Part shown: positions 20,701 to 28,931 of the stretch, in pieces
Numbering within the stretch: position 1 is the first letter of the stretch
Layout of the letters: every line of letters begins with the position of its first letter
Source of the DNA: a virus
Taxonomy: Duplodnaviria > Caudoviricetes
Length of the DNA: 39,865 bases
Virus record (IMG/VR): IMGVR_UViG_3300020460_000006
Location: 1-39,865 of that record
Direction: 5' to 3' (one strand)
The notes under the pieces: model-generated
What the model saw: only the letters and a program-made list of their open reading frames with translations
The model's database searches: none
Told to the model about the DNA's origin: nothing
Position numbers and translations under genes: made by a program

Positions 20701-21203
20701 TAAAGATGGTTGGTCAGTACAGGATCTTTCAGCTTGCCTCGATGAACAGAGGGCTAATTCCGCTAACTCAACAGGGCATTAACCCTGATGTTGCAATGGG
20801 TATTGTCATTAGTGCTGGGATTGGTCAGGCAATTGATCAATATCAAGCCTTTGTCGATGATCGCCCCTACGACGCAGGAAATTGGGCAGAGCAGCTTTGG
20901 AACGGCTTAGGAGACTCTGCTGCCCTTGGGTCATTTGGGATGTTTGTCAACTACGTTGATATGGCGGCAGAGGGCAATCCCAGCATTGCTGGAGCCGCCA
21001 TTACTGGCATTTTAGATATGGGCAAGGCAGTTCAGGGGCTGGGTGGAAACCCAACACCTTCTGAGCAAAGAGCTTTGATGCGAAGTATTCCTTTTGCTAA
21101 TTTAATGCAAAACTTTACGAGGCCAATGGAATACCTTGCTTCATCTGATTCATTTATCATGTCCGAAGCCAATGCGGTTTTAGACAGAAACCTTGGAGAT
21201 TAA
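17724..21203 (+). CDS. Large internal virion (ejection) protein, gp16-like
   Basis: 1159 aa; G/A-rich hydrophobic segment near the N-terminus; YLTRIWN, IITPG.GD.P, GQYR.F and R.IPF.N motifs. Confidence 0.75.
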   Translation: MVAKPTDKTANPAAAQAAVGISPTNTYARPRTYQDVPGGVTDIFGNDVFMREPHPLETIRQDPSFVDIIHAGAGLTATAHVYRNFKSVNPEELRDLGFMPRQDNQDWEENVHQIANADLEKLEDQARFLGYASPTSHEISYLHNAKTPDQYAKRLQNLLDNREINRTLSASPGSTIAASFLISLFEPQNFALLPVAGMGKISTAAAAARGAGFGAGLAAVEEVAFHQTDPNREVRDSLANMAFSSVIFAGIGTVLGRKANAQRQLLNDIDGYLSEADAINRVILNVDDYLPEGGATVLRTSEVTVENLLAMNIVGLGRKRAEKLVRNIREMFESTPMTADDFDAMSLAGLPERAKKELKARLFVDDALELSDEANRIHGAFGASHVLGKSAAVTSVLNSLMDSPFPEVRKLASEIFESPYLTTSQVKFGQRAPVALEQEIATKRINSIEQYQSVLYRSYQKYLGRDVESMGELGQGRTGVFFRGIGQAARNIVTGQNLNYANIATPKGFMNLEEFQAKAVMYNRGSLTRADLGDAADFIEELSNEMNNFYSRYRDDIKKVYKFLHGENDVDWNDGAYLTRIWNRHQIERDPNLFKDFLINQLIKKYGDDAAIEAATGYTIEKWKKSIDKSIRGILSSPADRLIHEQILDVEERLGTFDRLWNFIDEGDLYSTDFVIKNFSSIAHQYATAAIADSVFFRKFGTFDLDQIIGDLREKMVKRIGNRDLTTIEKQRIEKDLFNVRRSLERVRGIYMSKHSPLPGSLPQRVIDSSMKFANITIADGFGIGSLVDIGRPIVFMGLSKGLGTIFRQFAFGNAKHLKALGAANRQLRSFMVGNEINQQILISSMTNVNMNEKTGTMLETIISDANNAMFMANGLSNWNQFIKRAVGVSVVDVIIENANLAAAGKLPKAKRDQMLKLHLDENDLKLIASEFKKHGSSYKKIHLMNFENWDLNDDKKLDLFNRLSAGIRKEVDTIIITPGMGDTPLVMENSWVKMVGQYRIFQLASMNRGLIPLTQQGINPDVAMGIVISAGIGQAIDQYQAFVDDRPYDAGNWAEQLWNGLGDSAALGSFGMFVNYVDMAAEGNPSIAGAAITGILDMGKAVQGLGGNPTPSEQRALMRSIPFANLMQNFTRPMEYLASSDSFIMSEANAVLDRNLGD

Positions 21204-21209
21204 ATTAAA

Positions 21210-21506
21210 ATGGCTTCTAAAACTACCGAACTTGTTGAACATGTAAGGTATGAATCTTCCTTGAGAGACGGCGCTCGCGGCGTAGTCCAGGTCGATTTTG
21301 ACTCTACGAATGTCACTCTTTATGGTTCTTTAAATGGAACAACTTTTGTAAGAATTCAGCAGTTTACCGAGGCTGCCATCAAAGAGATTGCTCTTACTCC
21401 ATATCTTATGGTTGGAAGTGTTAATGAGCCAACAAGGACTTTGTCTGAGCTTCAGACTGGTCAAAACTTCGCAAACACAGAAGTTTACATTAACGAAACT
21501 AGATAA
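21210..21506 (+). CDS. Small beta-rich virion protein
   Basis: VTLYGSLNGTTF motif; coupled to the next gene by TAATG. Confidence 0.55.
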   Translation: MASKTTELVEHVRYESSLRDGARGVVQVDFDSTNVTLYGSLNGTTFVRIQQFTEAAIKEIALTPYLMVGSVNEPTRTLSELQTGQNFANTEVYINETR

Positions 21507-22096
21507 TGATTTCTTCTGTAGAAAAGCCTTTGAATAGTACTGCTATAGGGCAAGTCGGCAAACCTTTGTACGGCTCCAAGAGTGATTCTTTAGGGAATCC
21601 TCTTGGAGCAGGTCAGTTGATTTGTTCTAACGGACATGTTGAAAGAGATGCTGATACTAATTATATTCGTTTATCTTCTCATAATGATTTTGTTATTAAC
21701 GGTACAACTTACAATGAATCCAATTTTGGATGGTGGGCTTTTCTTATTTACAGAGCAAGAGATGGCGTTAGTGATTGGGACTATTTTAGATTCGGGCTCT
21801 TCACACACACTAACCCCCAAGCCTCAGATTTAATAAATGATTTAACTAATACAGATCTAATTAAAACAGCATCAATTAAAATCGAAGGGACTGGGGGTTC
21901 TAATTACTACAGACCTTACGATACCGGAGTAGGCGATAAACGAAGTTGGTATGATGATGGGCATCATGTTGGTTTAAGGACGCAAGCAGTCTCGCAATTG
22001 CCTGAATTTATTAGCGGAGCAGGCAATCCTTTTTCAAATGATGCAAGTCTTGTAGGTGAATCTGATAGCAATCTAAAAGTAACTCTTTACGTCTAG
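21506..22096 (+). CDS. Putative tail appendage/receptor-binding protein, paralogue 1
   Basis: N-terminus similar to 22345..22944; aromatic, G/N-rich C-terminus. Confidence 0.45.
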   Translation: MISSVEKPLNSTAIGQVGKPLYGSKSDSLGNPLGAGQLICSNGHVERDADTNYIRLSSHNDFVINGTTYNESNFGWWAFLIYRARDGVSDWDYFRFGLFTHTNPQASDLINDLTNTDLIKTASIKIEGTGGSNYYRPYDTGVGDKRSWYDDGHHVGLRTQAVSQLPEFISGAGNPFSNDASLVGESDSNLKVTLYV

Positions 22097-22105
22097 GTTT
22101 GAAGA

Positions 22106-22345
22106 ATGCCTATTAACAACGGAATTGAATATGAGGTTTTGGGAGAGTCTCCTGAACTCGGAATCGTTATTCATTCCGTAGGGGATAATCACAATGTTGA
22201 TCTGTTTTTGTCTGCGGTTTATGACAGAGATACTTTTTGTGACAATCTTATAGACTTCTCATTCCAGGGAGACTTTGTTTCTAACGCATTAAGCGAAAAA
22301 GAACTGGTTGTAAACTTATTCGATGTATATAAGGTTCTTTTGTAA
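22106..22345 (+). CDS. Small acidic hypothetical protein
   Basis: 79-aa ORF coupled to the next gene by TAATG. Confidence 0.55.
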   Translation: MPINNGIEYEVLGESPELGIVIHSVGDNHNVDLFLSAVYDRDTFCDNLIDFSFQGDFVSNALSEKELVVNLFDVYKVLL

Positions 22346-22944
22346 TGTTGAGAAACATATTTATTCAACTGCAAAGTTCTTGCATCGGTCCTTTGAAAAA
22401 AGATTTAATTGCAGATAACCATGACTTTATTGGAAATGCTTTAGGGCCAACGAGACAGCAAATACATGATGGATCTCATGGTGTCGTTATTTACATTGGT
22501 AATGTGCTTGTTCTTGGAAATTTAATTGGTGGATTTAGTGACTTTACATTAAGCGGTACGAATTATGTAATGAGTAGTTTACAAGTTGTTTATTATTCTA
22601 CTGCTTATGGTGGTTGGCCTTACGTTCTTTTAGCAACAAATACTTCATCTTCTGATAGTGCAACAATTTTGACTGACATTCAAAACTCTGGCTTAGACGA
22701 AACAATGGGGATTGAATTTACTGGATCAAGAGGTACCGAAACTTACTATGCTACTTCAGATAATAAATGGCAAGCTTCATCTGTATACGTTGATCGCATA
22801 GTTTTGCCTTTAAAAAATTCCAATACAACTTCTGGTCTTGACGACAACAGTTTTTTGGCATGGGAAGCTAACAGTGCGTACTGGGGTCGAACTGGCTCCC
22901 ACAACCAGACAGATACAGCTTCTGTTGCAACGTTGCTGACTTGA
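22345..22944 (+). CDS. Putative tail appendage/receptor-binding protein, paralogue 2
   Basis: Shares the L.S..IG...K.L.....D..GN.LG N-terminus; S/T-rich C-terminus. Confidence 0.45.
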   Translation: MLRNIFIQLQSSCIGPLKKDLIADNHDFIGNALGPTRQQIHDGSHGVVIYIGNVLVLGNLIGGFSDFTLSGTNYVMSSLQVVYYSTAYGGWPYVLLATNTSSSDSATILTDIQNSGLDETMGIEFTGSRGTETYYATSDNKWQASSVYVDRIVLPLKNSNTTSGLDDNSFLAWEANSAYWGRTGSHNQTDTASVATLLT

Positions 22945-22945
22945 T

Positions 22946-23194
22946 ATGGAAGGCAACGGTCATCAAAGGGAACTTGGTCAATTCTTTCAGGAAGTTAAAG
23001 AATTGAGACATGATTACCAAAATCTCAAGATGGTCGTTTCTGTGTTAGACGAAAATCAAAGGAATTTGGAAAGAGAGCTTATGGGTTTGCGTAGCGACTT
23101 GAAGGCTTTTCAAGCAAAAATTATGGCAATGGCTTCTGGCGCTGTTGCTGTCATTACTGCTGGCGCATGGGCGATTCAGTTGTTCTACGCATGA
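22946..23194 (+). CDS. Coiled-coil protein with a C-terminal TM helix (lysis-module membrane protein)
   Basis: Heptad region followed by MAMASGAVAVITAGAWAIQLF. Confidence 0.6.
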   Translation: MEGNGHQRELGQFFQEVKELRHDYQNLKMVVSVLDENQRNLERELMGLRSDLKAFQAKIMAMASGAVAVITAGAWAIQLFYA

Positions 23195-23559
23195 AAGCAA
23201 AGAATCGTTTTCAAAGAGCTACTCAGATAGTTAAATGGCTCAAGACCGAGTTTAAACTCGATTCACTCAAACGATTAGAGTGGGTCGATATTCTCGTTGA
23301 CGACGACGGCAAATCACAACTATGCGGTTGCATAGAAGAAGAAAGCAATGGTGATCTCACAATCACGCTTTCTAAGCGTGCTTGTTCGACCACTCAAGTC
23401 ACCATTGATACCGTGATACACGAAGCCGCTCACGCGGCTTTGTGGGACACGGGGCTGGGTATGCTTCACGGAGATAAGTTCTGGAAGCGGTATGGCAGAA
23501 TGATGGACGCTTACGAGCATCATGGTTACATGGACTCGAAAGCATTTGACCCGGAGTAG
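23191..23559 (+). CDS. SprT-like HExxH zinc metalloprotease
   Basis: TVIHEAAHA...HGDKFW; ATGA overlap at 23191. Confidence 0.75.
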   Translation: MKAKNRFQRATQIVKWLKTEFKLDSLKRLEWVDILVDDDGKSQLCGCIEEESNGDLTITLSKRACSTTQVTIDTVIHEAAHAALWDTGLGMLHGDKFWKRYGRMMDAYEHHGYMDSKAFDPE

Positions 23560-23568
23560 GGACCAAAA

Positions 23569-23964
23569 GTGTCAGAAATTAAAAGCAGACACGGTGCGAG
23601 AGTCATTTTTAAAAGAGATGAGGAATCGTCTGTTGGGCGTGGCGCGGTTTTGTACCGCGCTCACTTCCGCCCCGAGATCGCTCTCATACTTTATTGGGCT
23701 TCTTTTTATGCTCCTGAAGAACTTGGCAATGAAATGTGGGTCACTGAGGGATGGAGAAACATTAGGAATTCCAGGGACTTACACGAAGAATGCCGTGCGT
23801 TTGATTTTGATTGCACCAGAATAGAAGCGGACTCTCACAAAAACCGTTATGAAATAGCTCGTTTGTGGGGTAGGTTTTTACAGGAAGAACTCGGACCAGA
23901 TTATCAAGTAATTCTACATGGCGGCGAAGATAGTCTTCACCTTCATGTAGAGCTTGACCCTTGA
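23569..23964 (+). CDS. Peptidase M15-type endolysin
   Basis: VTEGWR, S.DLH...RAFDF and HLHVE zinc-ligand pattern. Confidence 0.8.
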   Translation: MSEIKSRHGARVIFKRDEESSVGRGAVLYRAHFRPEIALILYWASFYAPEELGNEMWVTEGWRNIRNSRDLHEECRAFDFDCTRIEADSHKNRYEIARLWGRFLQEELGPDYQVILHGGEDSLHLHVELDP

Positions 23965-23971
23965 GGCTTAA

Positions 23972-24148
23972 ATGGACTTTATTATTAACAACGTTGATAA
24001 CTTTTTTTCGATCGCCACTCAGATCATTGGCGTCTTTGCTGTAATTGCTTCGATGACTCCTAACGAAGTAGACAATCAAATCCTTGATAAAGTTGCAAAG
24101 CTTATTAACGTCTTTGGCTTTAACTTTGGAAAAGCAAAAAATGAGTAA
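23972..24148 (+). CDS. Holin-like protein, 58 aa (absent from the ORF track)
   Basis: Hand translation MDFIINNVDNFFSIATQIIGVFAVIASMTPNEVDNQILDKVAKLINVFGFNFGKAKNE; GAGG SD; TM segment followed by a TP..D motif. Confidence 0.75.
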   Translation: MDFIINNVDNFFSIATQIIGVFAVIASMTPNEVDNQILDKVAKLINVFGFNFGKAKNE

Positions 24149-24423
24149 TGGCTGATATTTTCGCGATCTTAATAGGAGTTTTTAGCATTGCCGTACTGGC
24201 TTTCGGTGTTGGGTATTTCAACACTAGAATGCATACGGCTGATAAAAAGCTAAGAAAGCTAAGGAAAGATCGTGAGAAAATCCTTAAACCTCTTATGTCT
24301 TCTAGTGAGTTGTCTTATCACGCTGCTCGTCTTATCAAGCTGCGTGAAAAGGCCCGCCGAATGCGGAATTCCAGCTCCACCCACTGCTGCTCTAACAGAA
24401 ATTGCAGAGGGGACTGTAGCTGA
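24148..24423 (+). CDS. Inner-membrane spanin (Rz-like)
   Basis: N-terminal TM helix, basic coiled coil and Cys-rich tail. Confidence 0.65.
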   Translation: MADIFAILIGVFSIAVLAFGVGYFNTRMHTADKKLRKLRKDREKILKPLMSSSELSYHAARLIKLREKARRMRNSSSTHCCSNRNCRGDCS

Positions 24424-24487
24424 ACAAGTTCCAGGCACCGAGCTTTGGCTTCGTGAAATATTCAGGGCTTGCGAATGGACGAACTAG
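24272..24487 (+). CDS. Outer-membrane spanin lipoprotein (Rz1-like), overlapping
   Basis: Signal peptide with LSSC lipobox and Pro-rich IPAPP; +1 frame, overlapping the Rz-like gene. Confidence 0.7.
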   Translation: MRKSLNLLCLLVSCLITLLVLSSCVKRPAECGIPAPPTAALTEIAEGTVAEQVPGTELWLREIFRACEWTN

Positions 24488-25509
24488 ACGGCAAAGAACT
24501 GATTGCTTTACGTTACCTCCAGAGGCAAAAGGATACTGTTGCAACTCTGAAGGCTGCTCTTTCTGAATCAGAAAAGGAAAATGAAGATCTCAGAAGACAA
24601 GTAGACTTGCTTGCTAAGCAAGGCAGCAAGAAAATAAAAACGAAAAAGCTCTCTGCCCCTAAAGGCAAGAGAGCTTTTATTTTGGGGCTTACTGACAATC
24701 ACTACACACAGCAGGTTGACCCGACGCTAAGCGGAGGGGGAAACCTGCACAATGAAGAAGTGGCTGTCAGCAGGGTCAATAGTGTTATTGATCAAGCAAA
24801 AGAAATCATTGATAACGCCAAGTCTAAATACGGAGTATCTGAGGTACTTGTTTGGCTTGGTGGTGACTCAATGGTCAATGCAGACTTGCATCCAAACTTC
24901 CAAAGGCTGACCCCCTATGAGCCACTGGAAGAGTTAGAGATCGTTTACAACATTAAGGTTGATTTGTTTAAAAGGTTACAGGATGGCCCGCTCCGCCGAG
25001 TACCCTTGCGGGTACACGGCTCGCTGTCCAACCACGGTAGGGATGGGAAGAAGGAGGAGGTTTCGGCTGAGATGGCGTACAGGAGAAGCTACGACGTAGC
25101 TCTGTACAATCAATTACAGCGTAGCCTCGGGTTGCCTTTCCACATTGAGAAGACCTACTTCGGGATCGAGACTGTGGGAGGCGTCAAAACGCTTCTCCAT
25201 CACGGTCACATGATCAACATGAAGGCCATGCCCAACACTAACTTCTACCAGCCAAATTGGACCCAGATCGGGAAGAGGCTCGTCCACCCCAAACACCAAG
25301 GTACGTCTTTGATGATGATTGGGCACTGGCATACAGCGGCTGAGTATCAGTCTGCTTACTTTACTTTTGTAAGCGCAGGCTGCACCGTAGGCCAAGATGG
25401 TTATGCCTACGGGCATGGCTTCTTGCCAGAAGCGCCTAGCCAGCCTCTTGTGGAAATCGACTCGGAGCACGGGAAAGTGGTCCAAGTGCATCGCATTTAC
25501 ACGGGTTGA
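24475..25509 (+). CDS. Calcineurin-like metallophosphoesterase with an N-terminal coiled coil
   Basis: TDNH, GGDSM, SNHGR, HHGH and GHWH motifs. Confidence 0.85.
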   Translation: MDELDGKELIALRYLQRQKDTVATLKAALSESEKENEDLRRQVDLLAKQGSKKIKTKKLSAPKGKRAFILGLTDNHYTQQVDPTLSGGGNLHNEEVAVSRVNSVIDQAKEIIDNAKSKYGVSEVLVWLGGDSMVNADLHPNFQRLTPYEPLEELEIVYNIKVDLFKRLQDGPLRRVPLRVHGSLSNHGRDGKKEEVSAEMAYRRSYDVALYNQLQRSLGLPFHIEKTYFGIETVGGVKTLLHHGHMINMKAMPNTNFYQPNWTQIGKRLVHPKHQGTSLMMIGHWHTAAEYQSAYFTFVSAGCTVGQDGYAYGHGFLPEAPSQPLVEIDSEHGKVVQVHRIYTG

Positions 25510-25521
25510 ACATCAGTAAAA

Positions 25522-25773
25522 TTACCAAGCTTTGCAAGACCAATAGCCAGCAGACAAAATATTTTTCTTATCTCCGCACTTGTGCCTTGCACGAAAAGAT
25601 TTTCGACGAGCAGGCTGGTCTTTTTTGATGCTCATGTTTGGATCACCAAAACGAACAAGCTTTACCTGACCGCTTTTATTTCTTGCTAAAACAGCAGATT
25701 TTTTCGCTTTTCCAGGCGTTCTTTTTGGTTTGTTGTAACCAGAAAACTTTTCGCCACGGTAAGTAATTGCCAC
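25522..25773 (-). CDS. Conserved small basic phage protein
   Basis: GYNKPKRTP, KLVRFGDPNM, RRKSFRARHKC, SAGYWSCK; a pattern I recognise from aquatic phages. Confidence 0.8.
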   Translation of the reverse strand: MAITYRGEKFSGYNKPKRTPGKAKKSAVLARNKSGQVKLVRFGDPNMSIKKDQPARRKSFRARHKCGDKKNILSAGYWSCKAW

Positions 25774-25809
25774 AACTGATTCCTTAACAAAAAATATTAA
25801 AGTTAAACA

Positions 25810-25935
25810 TTAAGAAACAATCGTCTTTTTCTTTTTCTTTTTCTTACCAAGAATAGCTTTGCCAGCAGGCCCTGCTTGGAAAGCTTTTTTAACTGGTTTG
25901 TAAACCGGAATATTTTTTGCAATTTTATTCAACAT
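25810..25935 (-). CDS. 41-aa lysine-rich peptide (absent from the ORF track)
   Basis: MLNKIAKNIPVYKPVKKAFQAGPAGKAILGKKKKKKKTIVS; fills the gap and overlaps the upstream stop. Confidence 0.5.
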   Translation of the reverse strand: MLNKIAKNIPVYKPVKKAFQAGPAGKAILGKKKKKKKTIVS

Positions 25936-26233
25936 GAATCTGATACCAAGTTTGAATTGTCGTTCTCAAGCCTTCTATTAAAGATTTTAACTCAATTGCA
26001 CTTTCTGTCAAAGTAGCTTGCTCGGAAGCAACTTCCCCAATAGTTGCACTAATCAGTCTTTCTGCGGCGTCTCCGACGTTTTCGAGTTCGTACCTTTGCC
26101 CCCGAACTTCCAGAAACCAGTGGGTCGGGTGTCCGTTCTGATACATCTGCACTGAAGGTGTGAACGAGATCAGGTTCCTCTTCATTCCATACCTGCAAAA
26201 ATCTGACCAGCACTTCAGCAGACTTGGGGCCAA
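25925..26233 (-). CDS. Hypothetical protein (start probably further downstream)
   Basis: ORF in the minus-strand run; overlaps its neighbour. Confidence 0.45.
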   Translation of the reverse strand: MAPSLLKCWSDFCRYGMKRNLISFTPSVQMYQNGHPTHWFLEVRGQRYELENVGDAAERLISATIGEVASEQATLTESAIELKSLIEGLRTTIQTWYQIHVE

Positions 26234-26345
26234 TTGTATTGGCAGTGTATTTATTTACTTCTTTTAAGTTCCATCTATTACAGATTTTTCCACTTTGTTT
26301 AAAATGAACAAAGTCGTCTGTAATTTCAATCAGCACCTTCTGCAT
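26049..26345 (-). CDS. Hypothetical protein with an Arg-rich tail
   Basis: Likely start MQKVLIEI; ends RTRKRRRRRRKTD. Confidence 0.45.
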   Translation of the reverse strand: MQKVLIEITDDFVHFKQSGKICNRWNLKEVNKYTANTIGPKSAEVLVRFLQVWNEEEPDLVHTFSADVSERTPDPLVSGSSGAKVRTRKRRRRRRKTD

Positions 26346-26643
26346 GGATATACCTAGCCAGAATCCTTTCTGAGATTGTGGCCTCGTCGAGAACTCGGAG
26401 GCGATACTTCCCGGCTGTGAGATATTCGAGATCTTCGACAATCAAGCGGGAGCCAAACGGTAGCCCCTGATTAATCGGAGAAACAGCCTTGAATTGTATT
26501 GAATTCTCGGTAATAGACAGAATTTCGATATGAATTTCAGTCTTTCTTCGATACTCGTTTCCGATGAGAATCATCAAAAACAGAGCTATTTCTTTTGAAA
26601 GCTCGGAGGGGTCCACCGCTTTCGTCAGCTTCAAAACTCTCAA
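26326..26643 (-). CDS. Hypothetical protein
   Basis: 105-aa ORF overlapping the RuvC 3' end; GGAG SD. Confidence 0.5.
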   Translation of the reverse strand: MRVLKLTKAVDPSELSKEIALFLMILIGNEYRRKTEIHIEILSITENSIQFKAVSPINQGLPFGSRLIVEDLEYLTAGKYRLRVLDEATISERILARYIHAEGAD

Positions 26644-27097
26644 AAGTCATCTCCCTGCCGAGATAAGCAATCCACATAGAGTCGGCTTCATTGTCAGTCA
26701 GCTCCCAATCTGGTTTAAACCGATTGGTAGCTGACTCAATCATTACGTCTTTTTTTGCAGCCCCTTTGCCGGTGGCAGCTTTCTTAATGGCTTGTACGGA
26801 AAGTTCTTTACAAGGGATGCCTCTGTCGTGGCACGCCATTAGCAAAATCATCCTATACGCACCGTAAGCATGTGCAGCTTTTGTGCCAAGGTGTCGAGCT
26901 ACATACTCATAAAAGACAATCGGTTTGTAAGTCTCGTAGGTGTCAAAGATTTCGCAGATGTGATCCCAAAACTTTTTATATTTGAGAGGCTCTTCTTTTC
27001 CACCAAACTTAGCTTCATGCGAAAGCATGATGTCTCCGTGAATGACAGAGATACCTGCTTTTGCACCAAGATCCATACCTATGAAAACATTATACAT
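26537..27097 (-). CDS. ruvC: RuvC-like Holliday junction resolvase
   Basis: IGMDLG, VFYE, IKKAATGKGAAKK and DNEADS motifs. Confidence 0.88.
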   Translation of the reverse strand: MYNVFIGMDLGAKAGISVIHGDIMLSHEAKFGGKEEPLKYKKFWDHICEIFDTYETYKPIVFYEYVARHLGTKAAHAYGAYRMILLMACHDRGIPCKELSVQAIKKAATGKGAAKKDVMIESATNRFKPDWELTDNEADSMWIAYLGREMTFESFEADESGGPLRAFKRNSSVFDDSHRKRVSKKD

Positions 27098-27378
27098 AGG
27101 ACTACCAGAATGATTGTTCGGATTAAACTACCAATCTCGTATCCTAAGAAGTCTCGGTAACTATCTTCAACTCGGTCAACTTGAGTTACTAGCTCTAAGG
27201 CTTCATCGCCAACAAATAGCTTTAATCTATTTTCATTAGGCTTTGCATAGTAAGGCCAACCGGGAGGCCACTGGGCATGTTCCCGTCCCCACCCAACAAA
27301 CGGGATGAGTCCTAAAAGGATGTGGCCTACGTCTTCGTACCACTTCTTATCTTGCATGAATCCGTAAAGATACTTCAA
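27079..27378 (-). CDS. Hypothetical membrane-associated protein
   Basis: AGGAG SD; hydrophobic C-terminus. Confidence 0.55.
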   Translation of the reverse strand: MKYLYGFMQDKKWYEDVGHILLGLIPFVGWGREHAQWPPGWPYYAKPNENRLKLFVGDEALELVTQVDRVEDSYRDFLGYEIGSLIRTIILVVLCIMFS

Positions 27379-27379
27379 T

Positions 27380-27736
27380 TCAAATCTCCTGTGTTGACAT
27401 TTGCTTTTGTTGTCTGTAAACCCGCTTGAGCGGGTTTACAGACAACAACAATGCAACGGCAATTGCTATACCTAATCCAAAGGAAGGCTCTGGAAGGTAC
27501 ACTGGCAACTCGTTTGACCAAACGCTTGGTATCTCATTACTAATAGATCTTGACCTTACTAGCAATGCGTTTGCAGGCAGTTCAATAACTGCTTGAAAAC
27601 AATCCAAACAATCGTCTACGGGTTCTACCCGAAGAACCCATTCCCATTCATTAGATGCGACTCTCTGGAACTGAAATTCCCAAGAGTCTACTAATTCATG
27701 TTCTTGTTGTTGCCAGTAGATTGTTTTAAGAGGCAT
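27380..27736 (-). CDS. Hypothetical protein with a PEP-CTERM-like C-terminus
   Basis: VYLPEPS, then hydrophobic FGLGIAIAVALLL, then a basic KR..R..K tail. Confidence 0.55.
   Translation of the reverse strand: MPLKTIYWQQQEHELVDSWEFQFQRVASNEWEWVLRVEPVDDCLDCFQAVIELPANALLVRSRSISNEIPSVWSNELPVYLPEPSFGLGIAIAVALLLSVNPLKRVYRQQKQMSTQEI
27407..27448. repeat. 19-bp perfect inverted repeat with a TTGA loop
   Basis: TTGTTGTCTGTAAACCCGC-TTGA-GCGGGTTTACAGACAACAA. Confidence 0.9.
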
Positions 27737-27744
27737 ACTAAACC

Positions 27745-28836
27745 CTAGTCCGGCAATAAGATTTTTGCGCCTCTACCCTTCTTGATTCTGGAAACTTTAT
27801 TAGACTGGTACCATTCAGTCATTAGATAGGATGCTACGACCCGTGCTCGGTCAAGGTTGGGGATGGGGTCAGGTACGAGTAGGGCTGCTATGTCGTCCTT
27901 ACTGTACTCAACCCCAGGGGTAAGCATTTCTTCAGGTTCTTTGCCATGCACTGATTCAATGTCAGATTTGTCTGGATCTGTGACTGGACGAAAGTAAAGA
28001 ATCTCGTCGCTGCCGTAGTGCTTGGGTCTGATCTCGAAAAACGTAGTAGGCATTCCGCTAGAAACGTTAGAGACGACTCTAAGTCTGCGAATGTTGCCGT
28101 GGTCAGGATCATCGAGCTGCTCGATCAAAGCGTTGCTTGATGCACTACCAGAAATTGCACCAGCACCACGAACGCTTGACCAAACTTCAGTCTCGGACTT
28201 GCCTTGAGTTGGCTTTGCAGTGTGATGAATTAGCAAGACTGCAACGTTGCAACGAGAAGCAATCTTTTGAATGTTGTTCATTACTTTAGCCATGCCAGCA
28301 TTATCATTTTCTGTAACATTGTCAGGCAAAGAAGCTGAAAGCGTATCAATGATAACTAAGCTTGTTCCTTCTGGAATGACTTCATCCATGAAACGAATAA
28401 CACCTTCGCTATCCATTGCGTAGATTCCTCGGGGAAGCAGTACCCCAGGGGCGTCACCTACAAGATAAATGTTGTCCCAATAAGAATCTTTGCGAACAAG
28501 ATCGGAACGCATGTTGTCGAGTTTCTTCAGACGCCGTGCAAGCTCCGAGGCGGGGAAGTCGGGAGACAGGTAGACGACCTTAGTGCCGGGGCACTCAAGG
28601 ACCGCTCCGGGCCAAGGAGCAGGTACACGCGCTTCATCGACAGAGGCTACTGCGCTGGCAATGTTAAGCGAAAACCAGCTCTTACCAGAGTACGGAGGAG
28701 CGCTTAACACAGTGATGTGACCACGATGCAGGAGTCCAGCGACGACTGCATCGGGAGGCGGGCTGGATGCGAGTTCCATAGCTCGCTCGCCGTTGTAGAT
28801 GTAGGGCTTGGTTTTGGTGCGAATACTTTCAGACAT
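27745..28836 (-). CDS. RepA/AAA_25-type replicative helicase
   Basis: SAPPYSGKS Walker A, LVIIDTL Walker B, ENDN, LLIHHTAK and VRGAGAI motifs. Confidence 0.88.
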   Translation of the reverse strand: MSESIRTKTKPYIYNGERAMELASSPPPDAVVAGLLHRGHITVLSAPPYSGKSWFSLNIASAVASVDEARVPAPWPGAVLECPGTKVVYLSPDFPASELARRLKKLDNMRSDLVRKDSYWDNIYLVGDAPGVLLPRGIYAMDSEGVIRFMDEVIPEGTSLVIIDTLSASLPDNVTENDNAGMAKVMNNIQKIASRCNVAVLLIHHTAKPTQGKSETEVWSSVRGAGAISGSASSNALIEQLDDPDHGNIRRLRVVSNVSSGMPTTFFEIRPKHYGSDEILYFRPVTDPDKSDIESVHGKEPEEMLTPGVEYSKDDIAALLVPDPIPNLDRARVVASYLMTEWYQSNKVSRIKKGRGAKILLPD

Positions 28837-28931
28837 TGAAGACCTTTTCGGTTGATACAGAGGTGCGGCACGCTAGTCTGGGTCTACGTCGATTGCAATA
28901 CAGCAAATCGAAAACATAGTGAGAAAAAATT

